Positions 28,861 through 41,061 of a stretch of 64,000 bases of DNA are shown piece by piece (positions within the stretch are counted from its first letter, which is position 1; each line of letters begins with the position of its first letter). Below the pieces are notes generated by a model. That model made no database searches. It worked only from the letters and a program-made list of their open reading frames with translations, and had not been told where the DNA came from. The translations under genes were made by a program, and so were the position numbers. The DNA is from Eledone cirrhosa (Eukaryota), in NCBI GenBank assembly GCA_964016885.1, contig OZ024740.1:28768001-28832000 (forward strand), given 5' to 3'.

Positions 28861-29276
28861 TTTTATATATATATATGTGTGTGTGTGTGTAGTATATTTG
28901 GCAATATACTGTGTTTAATTTAAAATATTTGGAAGACCATTCGCTATGAGTTATAAAGTAGTGACTACGTCACTTACTTATTCTCTTCAAAAACAAAGGG
29001 AGAGTGACTGACAGTCTGTTTCTCGTTTGTTGGTGTTTATCAAAACACCACACTCCCCTGCCTCCGCCGAAATTATAGAAATTGGATTCTTATAGAATTC
29101 CAGTAATATTTAGGATCTGATAATACAGAGCGATTGCCGGTCCAGCAACAAATTAGTTATTAGTATTGGTGCTCTGAAATAGCGATGTATACATGAATGT
29201 AGATATAGTATATTTGGCAATATACTGTATGTTTAAATAAAAACATTTAGAATACCAGTCGCTATGGACTTCTAGA

Positions 29277-29360
29277 GGGTTTTAACTCAAACGGTAAAAG
29301 GCCATAACGCTATGCTGCAAAGTATGGCGTCCGGTCCTCTACCGATTCTGCCAATCCACC
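29277..29360 (-). mobile_element. tRNA-derived SINE, 5' fragment
   Basis: ATGGCGTCCGGTCCTCTACCGATTCTGCCAATCCACC matches the head of the SINE copies elsewhere in the window. Confidence 0.75.
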
Positions 29361-29849
29361 AATGGGGACTCGACAAAGGTCCATCAAGACAAGCATCAAC
29401 ATTAGAACGATATTGGGACGGTTTTCCATATCATCGGAAATAAATTGTTTTTCATAGCCCAACAACCTCTCGGGGCCGTATTGAATGGGGGGGAGGCAAG
29501 GGACCAATTTCCCCAGCCCCCCCCCCCCCCTACGATGGGGGTGGAGGAGCTCACCAGACGGCCGTAGCAATTTATGTATAACTTTTCAATTCCAATTACT
29601 TGCGCCAAACTAATTTTAATATGTAAAATCGTGGGGGGGGGGCACTGAATTGTAAATGTTTGTGTATGCGAGGCCCCCCACGAACCGGAAGTGCCCCCCA
29701 CCCCCCATGTATAAATCTAACCCTGAACCCATTCCTGCTTGCTGTAAATCTAAATAACTGCAGCATCTTTTGCTTAGTTTGAGCTGCGCCTAATTTGTTG
29801 TGGTGGCTTTAATGATGGAAAGAAACGACCTGTTACTGATCGACTGGAC

Positions 29850-30300
29850 GCTGCAGGCTTCCCTTCCCAGCTCGAGCCGGTGGGGCTGGACCGAGCGGAC
29901 GGCAAAAGGCCAGATGGCATGACCATCTTCCCGTTCCGCGGTGGCAAATCCTCATCTGGTATGCCACTTGCCCCGACACATTCTCCAGCCGAATCCTGGC
30001 GCAGTCTCCGACTAACCCAGGTTCTACACCACGTCGGGCTGAGGTAGCCAAACTCTTCAAATACCAGTCGCTCTCCGGAAGGTTTGCGGTTGTACCCTGG
30101 CAGTGAAGACTTCTGGTGTCCTTGGTCCTAGGGTTACCTCCAGCAGTGGAGACTTCTGGTGTCCTCGGCCCTAGGGCTACCTCCCTGCTCACCACCATAG
30201 GCACTGAGCTGACCAACCGCAGGTGTGAGCCTCGCAAATTGGATTCTCCGGGGAAAAGCCTTCTCCATTCTGTCCGGGGAGGCCACCAATATGATTGACT
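29850..30300 (+). mobile_element. CRE-like non-LTR retrotransposon remnant (restriction-like endonuclease domain)
   Basis: Frameshifted translation [47 protein letters not shown]...KYQSL...VETSGVLGP, i.e. the RPD..D/KY/E.G RLE motifs. Contains a ~45-bp internal tandem duplication at 30100-30185. Confidence 0.75.
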
Positions 30301-30840
30301 GACTTGTCATTTTATCAGTCAACAGTTGCTGTCGTTAGATAACTAGGTATCTGTAGATGGTCGTTGATACTCGTTTGGTTTTTTCGATCTTACAAACATC
30401 TTACACATCTCGTCCGTCACAGTGTGTAGCGGAAATTTAAAAGATGCATAAAGAAGCGAATACAAACACACGCGATAAAACCCAGACATTTCCTGTCATC
30501 ACCAATGTAGCTCTCCACAGTTTAGAGAGCCTGATAATGTTAGAAGTTGACAAAATCTTTGAGTTTTCTAGTTGCCACCTAAGGAAGGGTGTGTCTTTCA
30601 AAAGACGATGTTTATAAAGTTAGATACACGTCTTTGTTCTGCCCCATAAGGCGCCATAGGCATGACATTGTAGAACTTAGATTTGAGCAAATTTAAACAT
30701 TTAAGCATAAACATAATGAATTGAGGACAAGAATAATTTGAATAATTAAAATGAAATATTCATGCGTATAATACACACACAAACACAGGCAGGCACGCAC
30801 ACACGCACACACACACACACACATATATCGTGATTTCATA

Positions 30841-30930
30841 TAGAAATGGCTTCTACATGACTAGAACTGTTACATTCGTATGAAATCAACAGGGATACCC
30901 TGATGATTTCATACGAAGTCATTTCTATAT
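30841..30930. repeat. Short palindromic element made of two inverted, partial hammerhead-like motifs
   Basis: CGTATGAAATCAACAGGG-ata-CCCTGATGATTTCATACG centre, with outer arms TAGAAATGGCTTC / GAAGTCATTTCTA. Confidence 0.65.
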
Positions 30931-30945
30931 TCAATTATGTTTATA

Positions 30946-31051
<106 letters not shown>

Positions 31052-31230
31052 ATAAGTTTATCCCGTGTTCCCTCTCCATAGAATTCTTTCTGCCTTTGTT
31101 AATGTAAATATAGTTTTTAAAGAATTCCTTTTTCTTTAAACCCATGAACCAATGACCTCCACTCATCCCAATCACCACCCTCTCCTACCACCAGAAAAGA
31201 TATAAATACCACCATATTACTTGGACAGTC

Positions 31231-31281
31231 GGCGTCCTGATGATTTCTCCCGAATGAAACAGTTCTAGTCTTGTAGAAGCC
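31231..31281 (+). ncRNA. Type I hammerhead-like motif
   Basis: GGCGTC-CTGATGA-TTTCTCCCGAAT-GAAA-CAG ttctagtc TTG-TA-GAAGCC. Stem I is 5/6 paired, stem III is 3 bp, and stem II is weak with a U-U at its base. Confidence 0.6.
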
Positions 31282-31297
31282 TTTTCTATATATATAT

Positions 31298-32082
31298 CTT
31301 AGTCTTAGTTCATCCAGTCCCTTGTGGAACATTGGGAGACGAGCTTCCTCCACTTGATCCTGTCACTGGCGGCCCTTCTAGCACCTCTCCAGGTAATTCC
31401 CATCTCACGCAGATCCTCCTGAATGTGCTCCGCCATGTCCTTCGTGGTCTTCCCCGTTCTCTCCTGCCACCTTCTGGTACCCAATCCATAGCAATATGAG
31501 CAGGTCGATCTGCCGGCAAACGAAGGATGTGGCCCGCGAACCGCCGTTTCCTTTTCCGGACAATATCCCTTAACCTCTCCAATCCTGACCTCCTCATCAC
31601 TACTTCGTTGCTAACTTGGTCTCTCCATGAAATTTTCAATATGGTCCGAATGCAACGACGGTGGAATACATCAAGTTTGTTACATACACTTTCCGTACTC
31701 TTGCATGTCTCACAGGCATATATCGCTGTTGGTACTACAATGGACATGTAAACACGGAATTTAACCTGGACTTTGCCGATGACATCGCAGTGACAGGCCA
31801 TTCCCCAGAAGACCTGCAAGAGATGACAAACGTTCTAAATGACAATGCAGAGAAAGTTGGCCTGCGCATCAGTTGTGAAAAAACCAAGATCATGTCGACA
31901 GGTGACCCTCCAAATCCTCCCATCATGGTTGGTCAGCGTAACATTGAATTTGTAAACCACTTCCAATACCTTGGCAGCAACATCTCTGACGATGGGGATG
32001 CTGAGGTGGATGTGCGCACAAGGGTGGGAAAAGCAGCGGCGGTCTTCCAGCGACTCCTTCCGGTATGGTGCAGGTGTTCCAT

Positions 32083-32087
<5 letters not shown>
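31298..32087 (-). mobile_element. RTE-clade LINE, 5'-truncated, with a 5' inversion, inserted in (TA)n
   Basis: Minus strand 31765->31310: [20 protein letters not shown]...[19 protein letters not shown]...FAGHILRL...RGRPRRTW, then an (ACTAAG)n tail. Plus strand 31763-32087: [10 protein letters not shown]...[10 protein letters not shown]...FQYLGS...KAAAVFQRL. Confidence 0.9.
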
Positions 32088-32134
<47 letters not shown>

Positions 32135-32220
32135 AATGTACTATACATAAATATATATATACATATATACATATATACATATATACATATATATGTTATA
32201 TATCATATACACACCAAATA

Positions 32221-32297
<77 letters not shown>

Positions 32298-32300
32298 CTC
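32088..32300. repeat. (TA)n/(TG)n microsatellites
   Basis: Direct reading. Confidence 0.95.
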
Positions 32301-32446
32301 AAATATGTATATTCCTATACAATACTGGACCAAGACGATGGTGGTTTCTCACTGGAACCTTTCTTAATCAAAATAATCAGTTTGTTCCTCATTAGCTTCT
32401 ATAGAATTGTCACTATTCCTTGCATACGTCATCACCCTGTTTTGCA

Positions 32447-32562
32447 TTCTTCTTCTTCTTCTTCTTCTTCTTCTTCTTCTTCTTCTTCTTCTTCTTCTTC
32501 TTCTTCTTCTTCTACTTCTGCATCTTCTTCTTCTTCTACATCTTCTTCTTCTTCTTTTTCTT
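32447..32562. repeat. (TCT)n trinucleotide repeat
   Basis: Direct reading; source of the poly-S/L/F/E/R ORFs. Confidence 0.97.
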
Positions 32563-32887
32563 CTCTTGGCAAGTTCTTTCTCTTTTGCACACTTCTTATC
32601 TCCCTCTTCCTTTCTCTCACTTTCTTTCTCTCTATATATATATATTTCATAGTTGAGACAATATATATATATGTATGTGTGTGTGTGAGGTAGTACTAGT
32701 GGTGGTTGTAATGGTTGTGGTGTTGGTATTGGTGACATACGTGGTGGCATTAGTAGTAGTAGTAGTAGTAGTAGAAAGCAAAACTCTATTAGAATGGAAA
32801 GTGAAGCCGGAAAATATACATCAGAAAAATATATATAAAATATTATATAAAAATTATAAAAAACTATAAAAATTAGGAAGTTCATGC

Positions 32888-33140
32888 GTACATACATACA
32901 CATACACATACATACATATACATACTTATACATACATACACAAATACATACACATACATACACATACACACACATACACATACATACACATACATAACAT
33001 ACATACACACACATGGACATATCCATATGACATAAGTAAACATGTATGTATATATATGTGGCAAATACATATACGCGCATACACATACATATATATATGA
33101 ATTAGACATATACGTATTAACATACTCGCCTACATACGTA
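32888..33140. repeat. Degenerate (TACA)n/(CA)n repeat
   Basis: Direct reading. Confidence 0.9.
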
Positions 33141-33584
33141 TAAAATTATTTGTGACTAGTCCCGGTATTTTTTTTAGAAAAAGACCGCGATGATATTGCT
33201 TTTTGCTGAACTCCTTTTGTAGAGTTTTCTTTCGGAATGTTTTTGACTGTTGTTTCATGTAAACAAACATTTGTCTCATTCTGACGTCACCAGCTCTGTT
33301 TTTCCACATGTGCGTTTATTTTAATAATCACGCATGATGTTAAACTAGCCTGCTTTTAAATTCCCCTTTTGGCATATTACCAGTGAGACCTTGGTTACCA
33401 TGTTGAGCTCTGCTGATAAACGAAATCCAACCGTGACCATCCCCACTGAAAGTTTTCGTGAAATAGTCTTTTCAAGACTGTACAGAGCATTTGAAGTTGT
33501 CCCAAATTGAAGGTTGAGTACTTTAGACTTTGTTTTATCATGAGTTAAGGCTCTATTGATTTTTACCTGGATTTCTCTAAATTT

Positions 33585-33736
33585 TGTTGGATAAATCTAT
33601 ATCCTGATTCCTTTTGAATTGAGTCTGAATTATTTTTCCCATATCTTATGTTAAATATTTTCCCATTTTGATCTATAGTCAAATATATGTTATGGAATAC
33701 TGTTAGCTTCTCGCTACAACAATTTCTATACTTTTC

Positions 33737-33782
<46 letters not shown>

Positions 33783-34375
33783 GATATATTAACAAATGGA
33801 AACTATATTTATAAAACCATATTTATTTCATTATACATATTTCAAGGACACCAAGTTAAATAAAATATAATATAGATCAGTTTTATAAATAAATATTGAC
33901 ATACCCTTAAAGAATGCGACCATTTCTGTTGGAAGCTCCCGGATAGTGGGGTTATTAAATTTATTTAGTCTATTATGCAAATTAGTGTCGGATATGTTTA
34001 AATCACAGTAGATTTAAAATAAGCCGTTGAAGTATGGAAAAAAGGGAAAGAAAAGAAAAAGAGAAAAAAAGAGTAAACTCTAAGAGGAAAATAAGAAAAC
34101 AAGAGAAAGAGAAAGAGAAGAAAAAAGAAAAAAGAAAAAAGAAAAAAGAAAGAGAGAGAAAGATAAAGCCCTCAGTGATAGGTTGTTGTATTAGCGTAAC
34201 TTTTAAGATGAAGTGAAAAAATAAATACTTATTGGATGAGTTAGGAAGAGTAAATAAGCGTGAATAGAAAATAAATAAATAATAATAACTGGAGAATTTT
34301 ATCCAGTGTTTAAATATGATTAAATTTTTAGTTTATCAATTAAATTATCAATTAAATTATTGAGATCTATACATT
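33585..34375 (-). repeat. Left arm of a long inverted repeat (Penelope pLTR plus ~200 bp of flank)
   Basis: Reverse complement of 38294-39055 (e.g. TGTTGGATAAATCTATATCCTGATTCC vs GGAATCAGGATATAGATTTATCCAACA). Confidence 0.93.
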
Positions 34376-34735
34376 AAAATTGAGATCTATATATTATTAA
34401 AATCTATATATTATTAAAACTATATATTATTAAAAGAATATATTCATATATATACATACGCACACATATATATATATACATATACATATATATACATACA
34501 CATACATATATATATACATACAATAAAAGATTTTCTATGTTTAAGATATAGAAATTTTTCTAAACTTATAGATTTTTCAGAGAAATCGGAGAAAAAATCG
34601 GAGAAAAATCATTTCTATGTAATAGCAAAACAGAGTGAAGGAAATTAAGTTATTTACTTATATTAAATGTTATAAATGTTAAGATAATAAAGGAAATTTA
34701 AGATTATACAAACCTTATATTATTTAATAGTATAG

Positions 34736-34926
34736 GCGGTGGATTGGCAGTATTGGTAGAGTGTCAGATGCCATGCTTTGGCGCATAGAGTTACGGCTCT
34801 TGCCATTCTGATTTCAAATCCCGCCGAGGTTAACTTTGCCTTTCATCCTTACGGGGTCGATAAAATAAAGTACCAGTAATACACTGGGTAATTGCTGGCC
34901 TTGTGCCTAAAGTAGAAACAATTATT
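34736..34926 (+). mobile_element. tRNA-derived SINE (octopus-like), full length
   Basis: A-box-like TGGCAGTATTGG, B-box-like GATTTCAAATCC, body GGTTAACTTTGCCTTTCATCCTTACGGGGTCGATAAAATAAAGTACCAG, tail AAAGTAGAAACAATTATT. Confidence 0.9.
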
Positions 34927-35500
34927 TAATAGTAAGTTATAATTTCATAAATTTTATTAATTTTATATCTAATAAATCCACCTGTTATGTAGTTGTGACT
35001 GTTATTATATAAGTTTGTTTAGCATAAACCGTAAGAAATCATTTATAACAGAGTGCATTTGAATTGTATGTATATATACATATACACAACCCCTACATAG
35101 ATACACACACATATATCTACACATACCGGTAGACATGCATCATACATATATATATATATAGAGAGAGAGAGATAAATATAAAGTACATAATATAATTAAA
35201 GTACATAATATATAAAACAAAATAAAAATGAATTATAGTTTTAAAGTGAATTACGATTTGGAAATATATTCATACAATTTTAAGCAATATAACTTTAAAG
35301 CAATATAATTTTAAAAAATATTAAAAAATATTTTAAGATATAATTTTAAAATAAGAATGTCTAAAAATTCAGTATAAAAATGAATTTAATTTTTTTTATA
35401 TATAATACTTAACTCTCAGTATGTTTAACTTAATTTTTATAACCATATGAGAAATTTTCAAAGAAAAAGAAAGAGAAACTTTCAAAAAGAGAAACTTTCA

Positions 35501-35783
35501 ATAATAAATCTAACTGTCCGTTAAATAACAATTGTTTAGCTAAAAATATAGTATATAATTGTAACGTAAAAACTAATTTAAATTCATTTAATTATGTAGG
35601 ATCTACTTCCACAGATTTTAAATCTCGTTTTAATAACCATAAATGCTCTTTTACGCATTTAAACAAAAAATCTTCAACTTCTCTATCTAGCTTATTATGG
35701 GACCTTAAATTAAAGAACGTTAAATATTCGTTACTTTGGAATATTATTTCAAAAGCTACTCCATTTAACTCCTCTTCCGAAAC
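35501..35783 (+). pseudogene. Inverted duplicate of the Penelope GIY-YIG segment
   Basis: Reverse complement of ~36078-36358. Translates NKSNCPLNNNCLAKNIVYNCNV...YVGSTSTDFKSRFNNHKCSF...KKSSTSLSSLLW...ATPFNSSSE. Confidence 0.9.
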
Positions 35784-35966
35784 TTTCAAAGAAAATATTT
35801 ACCCCTTTTAAGAGCTTTCAGTATGTTTATCTAGAAAAATTTTCTATGAAAAATTTTTTTTTTTATAATGAGAGTTTTAAGCAGTCAAATGAAGGAATCT
35901 AATGATTTATCGATAGGTTCAATATATTTAATAGAATGAGTTATATATTACATTTTAAATTTATAT

Positions 35967-38156
35967 TTAAACGTTGAATTTAATCTGTTTGCAGCAACTG
36001 AAAAGATTGCTTCTTACGTTCAGGGAATTTTTGCTTTTTAATATAAAGAATATTTCCTCTATACAAACATCGCAATTTTCGGAAGAGGAGTTAAATGGAG
36101 TAGCTTTTGAAATAATATTCCAAAGTAACGAATATTTAACGTTCTTTAATTTAAGGTCCCATAATAAGCTAGATAGAGAAGTTGAAGATTTTTTTGTTTA
36201 AATGCGTAAAAGAGCATTTATAGTTATTAAAACGAGATTTAAAATCTGTGGAAGTAGATCCTACATAATTAAATGAATTTAAATTAGTTTTTACATTACA
36301 ATTATATACTATATTTTTAGCTAAACAATTGTTATTTAACGGACAGTTAGATTTATTTCTACAGTTACATTTATCAAAATTTAAGTCACTAGGAGCTGTA
36401 TTATTAAATTGAGCTGTATTACTGAATTGGATATTGCTGGGGTTATTAGTGGCATTTTGGTTAGGTTTTAAATTTCTATTATTAATTCTATTAATATTCT
36501 GCGCTAAATTTTTGGTGGATGAATAAGTTAATTTTATAGTATGTCTATTAAATATTGAGTAATATCTATGTGTTCTAGGGAAGCATTTGTCAAGAGCTTT
36601 AAAGAATAGTTTAGCAATAGGAGTTTTAATATTTAATGAGAAAGGAGGAGCGAACCATAATATATTCCTAGTTCTATTTTTTGTTTTGTTTTCCGAATTA
36701 TCGTAAGGTTTTCTATTATAGTTGTTAAAATTGTTAAGATTATGTTTAGTTGTTATATTATTATTATCAATGTATTTAATTTTATTTCTATATCCAGCTC
36801 TACCTAACGTTTCGTTGTAATAATGTGCTTTATCATCAAATATATTCCTATTAGCTGAAATTCTAGAAATGCGTTGCTGTACAGAATTCACTATAGTATT
36901 TTTAACGGATCTGGGGTGATTAGAGTTAAAATTAACGTAGTTTAAGTTCTCGTTTAGTTTGTGAAATGGATAATGAAGACATGTGTTAAGGTTTAAGGTT
37001 ACATCTAGAAAATTAACTATTTTATGGTTATTATCTATTTCTACTTTTAGATTAAGGTAATTAAAAAATTGTATTTCTTTTCTTTTCCTATTTAATTCAC
37101 AGTTATTATTTTCGATAAGTAATAGCATGTCGTCACGATATAAACCTCCGGTCATCTCAGGTATTTTTCTATGTAGAGAATTATTTATAAAAAGGCCCAC
37201 AAGATCCGTTACCTGAGCGGAATCGGATGATCCCAGAGTGATATCGAAATTATTATTTATATCTGCTCTAGTCCAGAGTTGGTTGTTAAATTCAATTAAT
37301 GTTTTCCGTGCCGTTAAGATAATGTGCATTTCATTACTAGTTAAGTCTGTATGTTTAAATGCATATGTTAGTGCTTTATTAAGTAGATTAGGAGTGATGG
37401 ATGAGTAATAATTAGCAATATCCAATTGAATAAACTTATTATTATAGTTATATTTAATTTCCTTAAACCATTCGATAACTTCGATAATTCCTTAATATGT
37501 GGTATTATTCTGTCTAAAATATTCTTGCTAAATATGCCAAGGTCCGATTTAGATGGTGCAATTAATCTGACTCGTAATTCAGTTTCAAAATTCCTTTTGT
37601 GGTCCTTCATATTAATTTTAGGTTTCTTTGGCATGAAGGGTTGTGTCCTATTTTCAATGTCTAATTCATGCATTATATAAGAGGCATCTGTATTCAATTT
37701 TTCAAGGTCGTCATTAGTTGTTATTTTGTATTTCTTCCTTAATTCCTTTAATATAAGATCGTTATAGATGTCCTTTTGTATTCCGTTAAGATTATTGGTT
37801 TTGTCTGACTTGACTAGAATTTTTTCCGTTTTCTCCAAGTTTTCAATATTATTTTTGATATTTCTTAGGTAATCCTGGCCTATGAAGTTGTTTTCGAATT
37901 TGATGCTTTGGATGATAGATATGATTTCATTTTCAAAATCCATTAGTAGTTTGTTAGGGGGTGGTTTTTTTTTAGATTTGAAGATTTTATCAAGATTGGA
38001 AACATTCTCTTTTACATCAGTTTTATCGAAGTGGAAAGCACGCCACATGATTCTTCTTATAAAAGAGTCTGATTTTTCTATTAATTGTTTAATAAAGTCT
38101 TTATTCCTAGGTATAGGTATGTCCTTTAGAGAAGAAGAAATCTTAAAGAATTCCAT
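35967..38156 (-). mobile_element. Penelope-like retroelement ORF (RT + GIY-YIG endonuclease), two frameshifts
   Basis: KSDKT, RLIAPSKS, DIANYYSSI, FDITLGSSDSAQVTDLVG, GLYRDD, VNFLDVTLNL, SNHP, WFAPPFS, CNC-CPL-CL, IVY...YVGST..FKSRF. After the frameshift near 36190 it continues LWNIISKATPFNSSSENCDVCIEE...CCKQIKFNV* (stop at 35967). The other break is near 37430. Confidence 0.93.
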
Positions 38157-38293
38157 TATTTTTCAGTTATAATATAAAGCGCTCGACAATAAAGGAGCAG
38201 AATATATGTAGAAGTTCTATTTAAATTGTTGGGATACAACAAGCAAATATTTGTATAACTGATATAAAGCACTCAACAAATTATTGGAGTAAA

Positions 38294-38868
38294 AATGTAT
38301 AGATCTCAATAATTTAATTGATAATTTAATTGATAAACTAAACATTTAATCATATTTAAACACTGGATAAAATTCTCCAGTTATTATTATTTATTTATTT
38401 TCTATTCACGCTTATTTACTCTTCCTAACTCACCCAATAAATATTTATTTTTTCACTTCATCTTAAAAGATACGCTAATACAACAACCTATCACTTAGGG
38501 CTTTCTCTTTCTCTTTCTTTTTTCTTTTTTCTTCTCTTTCTCTTTCTCTTGTTTTCTTATTTTCCTCTTAGAGTTTGCTCTTTTTTTCTCTTCTTCTTTT
38601 CTTTCACTTTTTTCCATACTTCAACGGCTTATTTTAAATCTACTGTGATTTAAACATATCCGACACTAATTTGCATAATAGACTAAATAAATTTAATAAC
38701 CCCACTATCCAGGAGCTTCCAACAGAAATGGTCGCATTCTTTAAGGGTATGTCAATATTTATTTATAAAACTGATCTATATTATATTTTATTTAACTTGG
38801 TGTCCTTGAAATATGTATAATGAAATAAATATGGTTTTATAAATATAGTTTCCATTTGTTAATATATC

Positions 38869-38902
<34 letters not shown>

Positions 38903-39055
38903 GAAAAGTATAGAAATGGTTGTAGCGAGAAGCTAACAGTATTCCAAAACATATATGTGACTATAGCGTCAAAATGGGAAAATAGTTAACATAAGATATG
39001 GGGAAAATAATTCAGACTCAATTCAAAAGGAATCAGGATATAGATTTATCCAACA
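38294..39055 (+). repeat. Right arm of the long inverted repeat (pLTR inverted relative to the ORF, plus flank)
   Basis: Reverse complement of 33585-34375. Confidence 0.93.
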
Positions 39056-39057
39056 GG

Positions 39058-39352
39058 ATTTAATAACCACACTATCCGGGAGCTTCCAACAGAAATGGTC
39101 GCATTCTTTAGGGGTATGTCAATATTTATTTATAAAACTGATCAATATTATATTTTATCTGATGAAAGCACACCATAATTTAACTTGGTGTCCTTGAAAT
39201 ATGTATAATGAAATAAATATGGTTTTATAAATATAGTTTCCATTTGTTAATATATCGTATTTTTACTCCAATAATTTGTTGAGTGCTTTATATCAGTTAT
39301 AAAAATATTTGCTTCTTGTATCCCAACAATTTAAATAGAACTTCTACATATA
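39058..39352 (+). mobile_element. Third partial Penelope pLTR plus 5' leader
   Basis: 39058-39258 repeats ~38690-38870 directly. 39259-39352 is the reverse complement of 38203-38296, the leader preceding the ORF. Confidence 0.88.
39151..39215 (+). ncRNA. Minimal type I hammerhead ribozyme (Penelope pLTR type)
   Basis: Stem I TATTTTAT/ATGAAATA; CTGATGA (39159); stem II AAG.ACACCA/TGGTGT.CTT; GAAA (39196); T-ATGT-A; AUA cleavage triplet. Confidence 0.82.
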
Positions 39353-39909
39353 TATATATATATATATACAAACATAAATTTAGCGAGAATCGCATTTCGG
39401 CGGGTAGAAATTAGCGAAACGCAACTTCCATATTGTGCAGACAAGCGCTCCATGGATATGAAGAAGATACCAGAGCTATAAACATAAGTTAAAATGGTCA
39501 TACACACTGAGACGATGGTTAAGAAGTGATTAACCACCTTAGCCAAACAAGCGAACAAGCTAAACGGGTCAAACAAAATGAGATATGATTGAAATATTTA
39601 CCCGGACCCTCGGGGAAGATGGAACACTCCAAAATTGGGTTTCTGCAACACCTAAATCAATAATACTGTCTGCTTATAAAAAATAAGCTTTTGGTATAAT
39701 GATCGAACAATGCATCGCGCTCTCAATAGGTTTTTGTTCTTCTTGCGCCAGAATCTCGCAGGTTATGAAAGCACATGTGAGATTCGAAGGGGAGAAAACC
39801 CCTATTTTAACCAGTGAATTCAGCATGTGTAGTTATTGCAAAAATTTGCAAAAGCCGCACAAAACGAATTAAGCACTCTACCGAATATATATATATACGT
39901 ATACATACG

Positions 39910-39945
<36 letters not shown>

Positions 39946-39979
39946 CGTCACAAACCCGTCAGACAAGACGATACAATTA

Positions 39980-40220
39980 CTCACACACACACCTACACAC
40001 ACATATACCTACACACACATACACCTACACACACATACACCTACACACACATACCTACACACATACACCTACACACACATATACGTACACACACATACCT
40101 ACACACTCACATATACGTACACACACATATACCTACACACTCACATATACGTACACACACATACACCTACACACACACATACCTACTCACACATACGTAC
40201 ACACACATATACGTACGTAT
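39980..40220. repeat. CA-rich minisatellite (ACACACATACACCTAC-like, 14-18 bp units)
   Basis: Direct reading. Confidence 0.9.
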
Positions 40221-40261
40221 AAGGGTGAGTAGATCTTGTCTGATAAATAGAAAGATAGATA

Positions 40262-41040
40262 TCTTTCTTTATTTGCCACAGGGGCGTACAAAAATGGGAC
40301 ATTACAAGACGTGACGGCGGGGATTTTACATAAAACCTTTAACAATAATAATTGTTTCTACTTTTGGTACAAGGCCAGCAATTATTCCAGTGTATTACTG
40401 GTACTTTATTTTATCGACCCCGTAAGGATGAAAGGCAAAGTTATATAATAAAATAATAATTGAAATCCTCAGTAGGGGGGTCGCTACTGCGGGGGTGTTT
40501 TACACCCCATGGATAGAACAACCCTCAACACCAGGAACACGATTTGTAGTTATTCCCGTATTCCCTCTGTATTTCCTCAACCTACAGGTTTATATACAGA
40601 GAAGGCCCATTCGCTCGGGCCATTTTCGCCACATTCACCCACCTTTCAACGAATTTAGTGGGGTGTAGCACCTCTCTCTCCACTCTCACCTTCCTTCTGA
40701 AGTGATACTTAAAGAAGGGGATAAGTTGTTGTCCGGAGAGGAAGGTGTCTGTCCTCAGTCCTTTTAACCTCGTCCACCATATTACCTCTTTCGCCATAGC
40801 AACCACACAGAGGAAAACCGCCTCTCCTTCATTCTTAAATGAAGGCGGCGGGTTGATCATCACGATGGACTCAGCTGACAACTGGATGCGTCCCACACGT
40901 GACAGCAGCTGTTCGACATAATTCCACAGGTCGGTCACACCTGGGCAATGAACAATTGCTCGCAGAACGGTTTCGATGTCCTGCTCGCATCTTGGACAGG
41001 TCCTTTTGGCAAGATCTCTTCCAGGGCGTCCGTGTTTGTA
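40262..41040 (-). mobile_element. Tx1/L1-clade LINE copy A (3' fragment, divergent subfamily)
   Basis: ORF2 C-terminus YKHGRPGR...CPRCEQDIET..AIVHC...WWTRLKG...LYINL; the 3' UTR ends GTGGCAAATAAAG next to GATAGATA. Confidence 0.9.
40349..40443 (-). mobile_element. SINE 3' half within the 3' UTR of Tx1 copy A
   Basis: TAATTGTTTCTACTTTTGGTACAAGGCCAGC...CGACCCCGTAAGGATGAAAGGCAAAGTTA. Confidence 0.85.
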
Positions 41041-41061
41041 GATAGATAGATAGATAGATAC

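Noticed and set aside
29470-29726. GC-homopolymer-rich segment resembling DNA-transposon MITE ends
   Set aside because: No convincing TIR pair or TSD identifiable by eye
32193-33123. Poly-S/E/R/L/F and YI-repeat ORFs
   Set aside because: Microsatellite translations
34034-34216. Lys/Glu-rich ORF
   Set aside because: Antisense reading of the pyrimidine-rich tract of the Penelope pLTR
34736-34830. tRNA gene
   Set aside because: A/B boxes are present but there is no cloverleaf, and the sequence continues into the repeated SINE body
39370-39870. Moderately complex sequence that might be a decayed coding region
   Set aside because: Stops in the frames I tried and no recognisable motifs
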